A stretch of 64,000 nucleotides of DNA. It comes from Candidatus Omnitrophota bacterium. Its GTDB lineage: Bacteria; Omnitrophota; Gorgyraeia; Duberdicusellales; 4484-171. Of this stretch, positions 30,481-39,284 are shown in pieces. Where the stretch lies: positions 1 to 64,000 of the forward strand of contig JAIPGM010000006.1 of the NCBI GenBank assembly GCA_021735655.1, in the 5' to 3' direction. The notes under the pieces were generated by a model. The model was not told the origin of the DNA. It saw only the letters and a list, made by a program, of their open reading frames with translations, and did no database searches. Both the position numbers and the translations under genes were made by a program. How positions within the stretch are numbered: position 1 is the stretch's first letter; each line of letters starts with the position of its first letter.

Positions 30481-31104
30481 TTAATCTTTTCGGGTAATCT
30501 TAAAAATAATATTTCCACCATCAGGACAAGTTACTGTATCAATAGAATTATGATCCTTCATGAAGAAAAATTTAGCTCCAAAATTAAGAGCAAAAAGAGC
30601 CGGAAAGGCGACATGCCAGGCTGCCCCACAAAATCCATCAATACACTTTAAACCTTTTACCTGCCACTTATCACCCAGCTTATATTTATAAGAACATTTA
30701 CCTTTAGCTTTAACAACTTCAATCTCCATGTTTTTAGGATTAGGTCCTTTGTGGTTAGGGTCTTTAGGAATAAATTTAACTTTGTCATTCTTGTCTAATA
30801 GCTCAACTAAAAATTCGGCCTTTCCACCATCAGGGCAAGTAACTTTTAGAGATTTCTGATTATCCATAAAGCCAAACCGGGCGCCAAAACTTAGAGCATA
30901 AGCAACCGGAAAAAGTGCATGGGCTAAACCTAAACAAAAATGTTTAGGCGGATGGGTAAAATCTCCCAAAATAAACTCATCGTTAACTTCGTAACCATGA
31001 TAACACTCTCCATAAACTCCAATACAAGTTAACTTCAACCTAGGAAAAGGAGTATTGATATCGGCACAGTTAGCCTTGCAATATTCATCTTTACAATTTT
31101 TCAT
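30481..31104 (-). CDS. Tandem-duplicated Cys/His-rich small-domain protein (TIGR04076-like, tentative)
   Basis: Two internal repeats each with FC.G.AHA.FP...AL.FGA.F.FM......VTCPDGG. Confidence 0.45.
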   Translation of the reverse strand: MKNCKDEYCKANCADINTPFPRLKLTCIGVYGECYHGYEVNDEFILGDFTHPPKHFCLGLAHALFPVAYALSFGARFGFMDNQKSLKVTCPDGGKAEFLVELLDKNDKVKFIPKDPNHKGPNPKNMEIEVVKAKGKCSYKYKLGDKWQVKGLKCIDGFCGAAWHVAFPALFALNFGAKFFFMKDHNSIDTVTCPDGGNIIFKITRKD

Positions 31105-31137
31105 ATGATTTTAGCTCCTTAATAAATCTATCCTTTT

Positions 31138-32142
31138 TTAAGAATTAATCGAATTTATTTCTCTCAACAACTCTTCTTTAGATAAAAATCTACCAGTCTC
31201 CTCTAAATTATGCACTAGCTCAACTATTTTTTGATTAAGCTTAGCCGGCTCACAGTTAGCTATAGCCTGATGTATGATTTCTCCGTTAATATAGTCAATT
31301 TCTGATTTTTTCCCACGCTTTATGGATTGTAAAATTGAACCATATAAAGGTTCTTTGCTTAAATTAGTCATAATTTTTGAGAATAGACCAGCTGCTTCAT
31401 CTAAAGGCATCTTAACTAAGCCTTCAATTCTCTCCTTGGGATAAGTTAAAAGACTGGCTAATTCTATATTAGCCTTGGTTATAATTTCATAGGCTTCTTT
31501 GTTCAGCTTAATTGCCAAGCGGGCTAAGTCTATATCAACAAATGCCTCCTGCATCGAAACTCCCAGAATAGCCGGAATGCAATTATTTAAATTTACAAAT
31601 AACTTAAGATACTTAGCACCTTTTATATTATCTGAACTAACTACGTTGAAGGCTGGTTTAAGTAGATTAACGACTTCTTCGTATTTTTCTACTTTAGTAT
31701 TATATATATTTCCTAATACGAGTTCACCTTCAAAATTATGGATAACCTTATCCGGTGAGTAAAAAGTTGCCCCAAACATAACAATCCCGCTCAGTATTTT
31801 ATTTTCGGGGATAAAACTATTAACAATATGATCGGCCTGTATTCCATTTTGAGTAGTTAGAGCTAAAGAATTTTTCAAAAATTCAAAATTGTCGTTGATA
31901 ATTGCTTCAAGATCATTAACCTTGGTTGCAAAAATGGCTAAGTCTACCCTTTCAGTTAACTTTGTATCAACCTTAACTTCTTGCTTATGACTACCGCGGA
32001 CACCCTCTAAGCTCAGGCCTTCTTTTAGTAATAAACCTTTCTGATGATCACGAACAACGCCGACTACATCATGGCCATCTTTAGCAAGATAACCTAAAAA
32101 TAATCCGCCAATTGCTCCGCAACCTAATACTGCTATTTTCAT
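31138..32142 (-). CDS. Ketopantoate reductase (ApbA/PanE) family NAD(P)-dependent oxidoreductase
   Basis: MKIAVLGCGAIGG Rossmann motif, length 334 aa. Confidence 0.75.
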   Translation of the reverse strand: MKIAVLGCGAIGGLFLGYLAKDGHDVVGVVRDHQKGLLLKEGLSLEGVRGSHKQEVKVDTKLTERVDLAIFATKVNDLEAIINDNFEFLKNSLALTTQNGIQADHIVNSFIPENKILSGIVMFGATFYSPDKVIHNFEGELVLGNIYNTKVEKYEEVVNLLKPAFNVVSSDNIKGAKYLKLFVNLNNCIPAILGVSMQEAFVDIDLARLAIKLNKEAYEIITKANIELASLLTYPKERIEGLVKMPLDEAAGLFSKIMTNLSKEPLYGSILQSIKRGKKSEIDYINGEIIHQAIANCEPAKLNQKIVELVHNLEETGRFLSKEELLREINSINS

Positions 32143-32151
32143 AAATTTATT

Positions 32152-32412
32152 CTACTCTTTTATATATTTCGAATATTCAATGCCCTGCTGGCTAAAAAGT
32201 CTTTTCATCATATCTTTAAAGGCCGGGGGCACTTCTTTAAAAAAAGCGATAACCACATCTTGGTCTTCTACGGCCTCAGAGTTTCTTTTGGTAGCTAGTT
32301 CTTCAGCGCTTTCTTTAACTAGTTGCTCAGCTATTGAGCGATGAAATTGGGGAAGATTTTCAATTACCTTATCAAAATGTTCTTTTGCTTTATCGGACCA
32401 CTTAATATCCAT
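32152..32412 (-). CDS. Small PCP_red-like domain protein
   Basis: IKWSDKAKEHFDKVIENLPQFHRSIAEQLVKESAEELA matches W-S/T-x-E-A...IP-x-F-x-R pattern of standalone PCP_red (PF08369) proteins. Confidence 0.45.
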   Translation of the reverse strand: MDIKWSDKAKEHFDKVIENLPQFHRSIAEQLVKESAEELATKRNSEAVEDQDVVIAFFKEVPPAFKDMMKRLFSQQGIEYSKYIKE

Positions 32413-32421
32413 ATAATCCTC

Positions 32422-33156
32422 CTACAGTTTATCAATTGCCTCAAAGGCTAAATCAGTCATCTTCATTTCAGCCCCGAAAAAACGATAATCACTAAATCCC
32501 ATCTGGCCGGTTATGAGATTGTCCGACACTACACAAATTGCCGCAGCCCGTTTATTATTAAGGTTAGCAACCGTTACAAAGGGTGAAGTTACCATGTCTA
32601 CGGCAATCGCTCCTTTCTCAATATAGGGGTTAACAATTTCTTTGGTCTCACGAAAGATAGCGTCGGTAGTCCAAATCCCTCCTCGGTGAACAGATCCGGC
32701 CCCGGAAAAAGAATTCTCTAAAATGTCGGTTACCTCATTGTCTACCTTAGGTTTATAATCGTCATCAACATAATAACGAGTTGTTCCATCTCCACGCAAA
32801 ACATCGGTCACTAAAACATAATCCCCGATATTAATGTCCTGACGTAGAGCCCCACAAGAACCCAATCTAATAAATGTCTTAACCCCTCCGGCACAAAGTA
32901 TCTCAGTAGCTAGGGCTGAGTCAGGAGCGTAAAATCCTCCATTACCGACAGTAATTTTTCTCCCCTTATAAAGCCCGGTCCAAAAGGTATAAGCTAAAAA
33001 AGTAAAGTTCTTGACTGGATTTTCTAATTTCTTTAGACACATTTGAGCCCGATGTTGTTGACCGCTTACTAAAACAATATCACCAAAATCACCCGGCTTA
33101 AACTGCAAAGAAGCTAAAAGCCCCTTAGGATCCATATGAACATCTCTCTGCATCAT
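32422..33156 (-). CDS. PNP/UDP-family nucleoside phosphorylase (putative 5'-deoxyadenosine/MTA phosphorylase or futalosine-hydrolase-like)
   Basis: RLGSCGAL phosphate-binding motif and VDMVTSPF (E-M-E-x-A-like) region. Confidence 0.7.
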   Translation of the reverse strand: MMQRDVHMDPKGLLASLQFKPGDFGDIVLVSGQQHRAQMCLKKLENPVKNFTFLAYTFWTGLYKGRKITVGNGGFYAPDSALATEILCAGGVKTFIRLGSCGALRQDINIGDYVLVTDVLRGDGTTRYYVDDDYKPKVDNEVTDILENSFSGAGSVHRGGIWTTDAIFRETKEIVNPYIEKGAIAVDMVTSPFVTVANLNNKRAAAICVVSDNLITGQMGFSDYRFFGAEMKMTDLAFEAIDKL

Positions 33157-33158
33157 AG

Positions 33159-34631
33159 CTATACTCCTCGATTAATTAGTTTTGTTTTATCTATCTTTCC
33201 GGTTCTATTTTTAGGTAACTCTTTTACAAATTCAAAATAATGCGGCATTTTAAAATGAGCTAAGCTCTGTTTTAAAAAATCTTTTAACTCTGAATCATCT
33301 AAATTTTCCCCGTCTTTAGCAACAATGAAAGCTTTTGGAACTTCTCCACGTAGTTTATCACCCACACCAATAACAGCCGCCTCTTTTACTTTGGGACATT
33401 GGCTTATTTTTTCTTCGACTTCAGCCGGAAAAACAATCTCACCAGCTACCTTAATCATATCTTTTTTTCGCCCAACAATATAATAAAGGCCTTGGCTGTC
33501 AAACGATGCAATATCTCCAGTTCTAAACCAGCCATCTTCGGTTAGGGCTTCTTTAGTTAAATCTGGCTCTCTAAAATACCCCTTAGTCACAGCTTTACCT
33601 TTAACCATTAGTTCCCCTTTCTTATCAAGCCCGAGAGACTTACCTTCAGGATCAACAATCTTTACTTCTAAGTCAGAGGTAAAATTACCAATGCTTCTTA
33701 TCTTATCATCGCCGGGCGGTGAAATAGTATTGGGAGCGGCGGTTTCGGTCATCCCCCAACCATTGGCTAATTGAGCATTAGGATAAGCCCTATGAAAACG
33801 CTTGAGTAGGGCTGGTGAAGATGGCGCACCGAAAACAACTGCATAACGCAGAGAAGAAAAATCAAAACCCTGGTATTCTTTCAAAGATAAAATAGCCATA
33901 AACATTGCCGGAACAATACAAAAAATAGTTACCTTATGTTCTTGAATATTCTTTAAAAACTCAAAAGGATGAAAGCGTGGCATCAAAACTAACTTACAAG
34001 AAAAATAAAGCATCAATAATATGTAATCTAAGCCACCGACATGAGAAAAAGGAACTCCGCCGCATAAAAATACATCACCGGAAGAAACGCTTAAAAACTG
34101 ATCAATAACCTTTGGTGGGTTACCGAGTTGTGAATAGTTAAGCATTACCCCTTTGGGATGACCAGTTGAACCAGAAGTATAAAATATTGCTGCTAGGTCG
34201 CTTTCAGAAATATCTAAAGATATCTCATCGGTCTTCTCAAAGCTTAATTCAGTAACTATTTCACCTAAGTCAGGACAACTGCTTTTAATTTTATCTAAAT
34301 CAACTCCCTTTCTAGGCTGGATAATTAATAGTTTAGCCTGACTATGATTAAGAAAGTTTATAACTTCCTCTTCAGTAAGCATATAGTCTAAAGGCACAAC
34401 GCAGGCTCCAAGACAAAATACTCCTAAAAAACTATAGATAGTTTCCGGAATATTAGGAAGGAAAAGGGCCACCTTATCATCTTTGCCAATACCCTTAATT
34501 TGCAAATAATTACTAACCCCCAAAGCCATAGCTTTAACCTCTGAGAAAGAAATACTCCTTCCTTCAAAGATAATAGCTGATTTATCCGAACAATTTTGGG
34601 CGTGCTTTTTAAGTAAATCCTGAATATGCAT
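33159..34631 (-). CDS. AMP-dependent synthetase/ligase (fatty acyl-AMP/CoA ligase)
   Basis: YTSGSTGHPKGV AMP-binding motif, 490 aa; first gene of minus-strand operon. Confidence 0.85.
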   Translation of the reverse strand: MHIQDLLKKHAQNCSDKSAIIFEGRSISFSEVKAMALGVSNYLQIKGIGKDDKVALFLPNIPETIYSFLGVFCLGACVVPLDYMLTEEEVINFLNHSQAKLLIIQPRKGVDLDKIKSSCPDLGEIVTELSFEKTDEISLDISESDLAAIFYTSGSTGHPKGVMLNYSQLGNPPKVIDQFLSVSSGDVFLCGGVPFSHVGGLDYILLMLYFSCKLVLMPRFHPFEFLKNIQEHKVTIFCIVPAMFMAILSLKEYQGFDFSSLRYAVVFGAPSSPALLKRFHRAYPNAQLANGWGMTETAAPNTISPPGDDKIRSIGNFTSDLEVKIVDPEGKSLGLDKKGELMVKGKAVTKGYFREPDLTKEALTEDGWFRTGDIASFDSQGLYYIVGRKKDMIKVAGEIVFPAEVEEKISQCPKVKEAAVIGVGDKLRGEVPKAFIVAKDGENLDDSELKDFLKQSLAHFKMPHYFEFVKELPKNRTGKIDKTKLINRGV

Positions 34632-34661
34632 TGAAATACCTAGTAAAATTAAATTAGTAAA

Positions 34662-34689
34662 ATTTTACTATATTTCCTATTTCAGTCAA
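34662..34689 (-). promoter_or_regulatory. Sigma70-like promoter for the biosynthetic operon (TTGACT-16-TAAAAT on minus strand)
   Basis: Reverse complement of 34662-34689 reads TTGACTgaaataggaaatatagTAAAAT, ~30 nt upstream of AMP-ligase ATG. Confidence 0.5.
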
Positions 34690-34738
34690 GCTTTTTTTAC
34701 CTTTCTATATATCTGATCTCGAAACGGTAAATTAAAGG

Positions 34739-35884
34739 TTATTTGCGTTTTAGTAGACTCAAAACCTCAAGATGCGGGGTATGGGGAAAAAAGTCAAAAG
34801 GCTCAATAAAATCAATGCTATATTGATCGCTGAGGCCTTTTAAATCAATGAAAAGAGCGGTTGGGTTACAAGAAGAATAAATAATTTCCTTAGGCTCTAG
34901 GCGCAAAATGGCCCGAATGATCTTTTTAGAAAGACCAGAACGAGGTGGGTTTACGACTAGAAGGTCTACATCCCTATAAAAAATACCTTGAGTATTCAAA
35001 AACTTACGAACATCGGAAGTAAAAAAAGAAATATTATCAATATGGTTTAATTTAGCATTTTGCCAAGCCAAATCGACTATCTCCTTAACTACCTCAACCC
35101 CCCAAACAAACTTTGCTTGATTGGCAAGATGAATACCGATAGATCCTAAACCGCAAAAAAGATCTAATACTCTCTTGTCTTTAGAAAGACCCCCATAACT
35201 AACAAGCTTCTTATAAAAGTCAGCAATCATTCGAGGGTTTACCTGGAAAAAAGTATCAATCCCAATTTTAAATCTGAAATCTCCCAATCTTTCCTCCAAG
35301 AACTCATCGCCAAACAATAGTTCTTTTTTATCAAAAATAACCGCATCACTTAAAGAATCATTAATAATCCAATAAATAGACTTTATTTTTGACTTTAATT
35401 TTAATTTATTTAGTTCATCAATAAAGCTTTGTGAATTTAATTCTTCGCTACTGGAAGTAACCAAACCGACCATTAGCTGATTGGTAAATTTAGTTTCCCG
35501 AACTATCAAATTTCTTAAAAAACCTTTATGAGAATATTTATCATAAACAGAATGCTTATTATCTTTTAAAAAATATTTAATCGCCTCTAGAATTAGTCTT
35601 AAATCGGATGAGAAAATTAAACACTCCTCCAAATCAACAACTCTTCTCTTTTTATCCTTGCTATACAAGCCGCAAACGACACCTCTCTCGTAACCAAAGC
35701 TAAACTCCATTTTGTTACGATAATACCACTGCTCTGAAGAATTGATTGGCTTTAACTGAGTAGATAGCTCTGAAAGTTCAAGTAAGCCTTTAACTCTAGC
35801 TTCTTTAGTTTCAAGCTGTTGTTGGTAAGGAATATCTTGAAAGCGACAACCGCCACATTCAGAAAAATGTTTACAAATTTTCAT
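34739..35884 (-). CDS. RNA (uracil-C5)-methyltransferase, TrmA/RlmD family with N-terminal Fe-S Cys cluster
   Basis: CKHFSECGGC Cys cluster; C-terminal SAM-MTase motifs (DLFCGLGS, catalytic Cys SSCNP). Confidence 0.8.
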   Translation of the reverse strand: MKICKHFSECGGCRFQDIPYQQQLETKEARVKGLLELSELSTQLKPINSSEQWYYRNKMEFSFGYERGVVCGLYSKDKKRRVVDLEECLIFSSDLRLILEAIKYFLKDNKHSVYDKYSHKGFLRNLIVRETKFTNQLMVGLVTSSSEELNSQSFIDELNKLKLKSKIKSIYWIINDSLSDAVIFDKKELLFGDEFLEERLGDFRFKIGIDTFFQVNPRMIADFYKKLVSYGGLSKDKRVLDLFCGLGSIGIHLANQAKFVWGVEVVKEIVDLAWQNAKLNHIDNISFFTSDVRKFLNTQGIFYRDVDLLVVNPPRSGLSKKIIRAILRLEPKEIIYSSCNPTALFIDLKGLSDQYSIDFIEPFDFFPHTPHLEVLSLLKRK

Positions 35885-36375
35885 TTTATTATTAGACTTT
35901 TGAGTTTTTTTCTTTTAGTCAGTCGAGGATAAGAAACAGGAGCGCCTAAAGCTATAACCGCTTCTAGCTCAAGGTTAGGCCTTAACTTAAGATATTTATG
36001 AACCTTTTTCTTTTGATTAAGAATCTCACCTAGCCAGCAGGCGCCTAACTTTTTAGAATGAATACAAAGTAATATGTTTTGAATACAAGAACCAATGGCC
36101 ATTAGATCTTTCTCATAATTATAAGAGGTCTTCTTATCTAAAAATACTAAAATAAGTTTATCGGCTGATTTGATAATATGACCATAATGAGTAAAAACAG
36201 CCAAAGCATCCTTTTTCTCCTTATCTAGAACCATAAACCGCCAGGGCTGGTTATTGAGTCCCGAAGGCGCCCAGCGACCAGCCTCTAAAATTTTGTTAAC
36301 CGTCTGCCTAGAAACAGCCCTCTTTTTAAACTTTCGCACTGACCTTCTATCTTTTATTAACCTTAACGCTCTCAT
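35881..36375 (-). CDS. Nitroreductase-family protein
   Basis: DRRSVRKF ... APSGLNNQPW nitroreductase motifs. Confidence 0.8.
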   Translation of the reverse strand: MRALRLIKDRRSVRKFKKRAVSRQTVNKILEAGRWAPSGLNNQPWRFMVLDKEKKDALAVFTHYGHIIKSADKLILVFLDKKTSYNYEKDLMAIGSCIQNILLCIHSKKLGACWLGEILNQKKKVHKYLKLRPNLELEAVIALGAPVSYPRLTKRKKLKSLIIK

Positions 36376-37699
36376 AGCTAGCTACTCCATTATTCTTATC
36401 GCTAAACCCTCTTTTATCATAAAGATTATCGAGCGGGCTTTCAGGGATATTTACCATATCCCTTAATATATGCGTATAAATCATTGTAGTTTCTACATGC
36501 TTATGCCCTAACAGTTCCTGGACTTCTCGAATATTAACCCCATTCATTAAAAGATGTGTTGCGAAGCTATGCCTGAGAGTATGCACGCTGGCGCGTTTTA
36601 TAATTCCGGCTTTCTTTACCGCAATAGCTACAATCTTTTGAACTGTATTGGGACTTATATGATGTCTTCGGATTTTACCACTCCTAGGATCAATTGAAAG
36701 TCGAGAAGATGGAAAAGCATACTGCCACCCCCACTCCTTAGCAGCTTTAGAATATTTGTGCTCTAAAGCATTCGGTAGATATACCTCTCCATAACCGGCA
36801 GCTTTATCTTCTTCGAAAATATTCTTAACTTGCTCTAAATGTTTTCTGAGAGAACTACCTAACGCCTGTGGCAGCATAGTGCTACGGTCTTTATCCCCTT
36901 TTGCTCCGCGTAAAAATAAAATATTGCTCTCAAAATCAATATCCTGCACTCGCAAGCGCACGAGCTCCATAAGCCGCAACCCTGAACCATAAAGCAATTG
37001 CACAATTAATAAATCTTTATTCCTTAGTTGTTCAAATAACCCTTGTATTTCCTTAACTGACAAAACTGTTGGTAATTTAGGGCCCCGCTTTGCGCGAACG
37101 GTTTCAGCTAAATTATTTACTTCTATTTTTAGAACATCTCGAAATAAAAATAAAAGTGCATTAAAGGCTTGGTTCTGGGTCGAAGATGAAACTCGACCCT
37201 CTATAGCTAGATATGTCAAATAATCTTTAACATCTTCTGGGGTTAGCTTCTGAGGATATATCTGCTTTCGCTTTCCTTTATTTAAATAATCAAAAAATCT
37301 CTTTGCCCATGTAACGTATGTCCTTTCTGTGCTATAAGAAAAATGCTTCACTCGAATGGCATTCGTCATTTTCTTTAACAAATCATCAAAATTAACATCT
37401 TCATCTTTAAATCTAGATACTTCGACAGATTTAATCTTATAAATTTGAGGTGGAGCAAAATTGTCTACATATATACTTATCGCTTCTTTGGCCTGCTGAA
37501 ATTGCCACTCTTCAATTTTTATAATCTTTAGCTTTTCAAAAAACTTTTCTTTCTGTTCCTCAAGTGATGATTTTGGACGAATACAACAGAATTTAAGAAA
37601 TCTATCTACCCAATAGGCATAAAAAGGGGCTGTTTTTTCTGTAGCTAATTTCTTTGAAATTAAAAATCTTTGAAATTGAGATAACACACCTATTTTCAT
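36347..37699 (-). CDS. intI: Integron integrase IntI (tyrosine recombinase) with ~110-aa N-terminal extension
   Basis: [37 protein letters not shown] (IntI-specific insertion, matches IntI1 ALERKYPRAG...DPRSGVVRRHH), [24 protein letters not shown] with catalytic Tyr. Confidence 0.92.
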   Translation of the reverse strand: [450 protein letters not shown]

Positions 37700-37879
37700 G
37701 ACTTTTCTTTCTTTGCCATAAATCCAATGATATACATAATATACATTTCCTGATATTATAGATAAATTACATAATTAAAGCAACATTTTTCTTCCAAAAT
37801 CATTAAAAACATGCTAAAATTTTACTATATATATCAATAAAATATAAAAACATATATTATGCATATTAATTGTTAGATG
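37700..37879 (+). other. attI region with GTTAGAT core site (recombination point G37872|TT)
   Basis: aattGTTAGATgtaaaat immediately upstream of first cassette ORF; AT-rich. Confidence 0.65.
37713..37741 (+). promoter_or_regulatory. Candidate cassette promoter Pc (TTGCCA-17-ATAATA)
   Basis: TTGCCA 37713-37718 and ATAAT(A) 37736-37741 oriented toward cassette array, located at intI 5' end/attI as in known integrons. Confidence 0.5.
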
Positions 37880-37905
37880 TAAAATAAAATGATAAAAGGA
37901 GAAAA

Positions 37906-39189
37906 ATGAAGCAAATTTTGCGCTATTTTTTGGTTTTCTTTTCCCTAATTATATTTTTAAATTTATCTCCTTTTGCTTTTGGACAACAGGACCAATCCTC
38001 CGGTGATTTTATTGATGGGAATTTTGAAGAAATAGGTCGTCTCAAGAAAGATTCTCAGAAACTTGATACCAGTAAAACCGGCGATCTGTTTATGGATACA
38101 TGGATGGGGATATTAACTAGCCCAAAAGAATTTTTTTCTTGGAATACAAAAGGCGATGTCAAACTGGTCTATGATGGGAGTAACACACTGGTTGAATTGA
38201 CACAGAGTAAAGAAGGGCCTGCGTCTATAAGCCAATTCTTTGGTTTTAAAAATAAAGATGCGTCAATTGAGTTTGATGTTAAAATTATAAAGAAAACTAC
38301 CTCAGATGAATTAGAAGTGACAGTAGCAGATGTGGGTGGGCCTGCCTGGGGTAAACCCCCTGCAATAGAGATTCCGCTGGAGACATTTCGGCTCTCAACC
38401 ATTTATCCGACTAAACATATCTCCATTGACCTTTCAAATAGTAAATATTTTTTAGATAAACAAGCTAAAGATGAAGCTAATGATATGGACTTAGTTGATG
38501 CATCTATTTTTGGTACGATAACTTTTCGCTTGAAGGGAAATGCTGAAGAACCAACAACAATACGATTGGATAACCTTAAGGTTACTTATTATAAAAAAGA
38601 AGGCGAAGTGAAACGTTATTATAAAGATAATCAGCCGAAGATAGATAAATTCTATAAAGATGGTAAGCAGGAAGGTCTGGAGAAGCGTTATTATCGCAAT
38701 GGACAGTTACAGTCGGAGCACCCATATAGGAATGGTAAACTAGACGGGATACAAAAGTATTATGCTATAGATGGAAAAGTCTGGGAAGAAACGCCTTACA
38801 GAGACGGCAAGCGAGAGGGAACACAAAGACGTTACAGAAATGGGGTGCTGACGGAAGAAAGATTATATAAAAATGATAAGATGGTAGAAATTAAAATTTA
38901 TTATAAAACTGGTGAAATAAAATCAGAAGCAACGATTAGGAATGATAAGACAGAAGGGTCATCTAAAGAGTATTATAAAAATGGACAAGTAATGGAAGAA
39001 CGTATCTATAGCGATAGCCAGAGAGTAGGCGTAACAAAGCATTACTATGCTAACGGACAGCTAAAAGCAGAGATACCTTACAAGAAGGATAGAAAAGATG
39101 GCATTGCGAGGATTTATAATGAAGAAGGCAACTTAGTAAAAGAAGAAGTTTGGGAAAAAGATAAACTCATAAGTACTAGAGAGAAATAA
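37906..39189 (+). CDS. Cassette 1: secreted MORN/YwqK-repeat protein (427 aa)
   Basis: Signal peptide MKQILRYFLVFFSLIIFLNLSPFAFG; C-terminal ~200 aa of tandem Y-x-N-G-x-x-x-x-E repeats (YYKDNQPKIDKFYKDGKQEG..., MORN/YwqK COG2849-like). Confidence 0.8.
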   Translation: MKQILRYFLVFFSLIIFLNLSPFAFGQQDQSSGDFIDGNFEEIGRLKKDSQKLDTSKTGDLFMDTWMGILTSPKEFFSWNTKGDVKLVYDGSNTLVELTQSKEGPASISQFFGFKNKDASIEFDVKIIKKTTSDELEVTVADVGGPAWGKPPAIEIPLETFRLSTIYPTKHISIDLSNSKYFLDKQAKDEANDMDLVDASIFGTITFRLKGNAEEPTTIRLDNLKVTYYKKEGEVKRYYKDNQPKIDKFYKDGKQEGLEKRYYRNGQLQSEHPYRNGKLDGIQKYYAIDGKVWEETPYRDGKREGTQRRYRNGVLTEERLYKNDKMVEIKIYYKTGEIKSEATIRNDKTEGSSKEYYKNGQVMEERIYSDSQRVGVTKHYYANGQLKAEIPYKKDRKDGIARIYNEEGNLVKEEVWEKDKLISTREK

Positions 39190-39203
39190 ATATTAAATTA
39201 CCC

Positions 39204-39278
39204 ATCTAACAAATCAATCCAGCCGACCCTCCCCGCGCGCTGGCGCGCTTGGTCGGGCGGCTGATTTTTGTGTTATCT
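39204..39278 (+). repeat. attC1 (R'' ATCTAAC ... R' GTTATCT)
   Basis: Imperfect palindrome aatcaatccagccgaccc...gggcggctgatttttgtgtta; member of 9-copy family. Confidence 0.85.
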
Positions 39279-39284
39279 TAAAAA

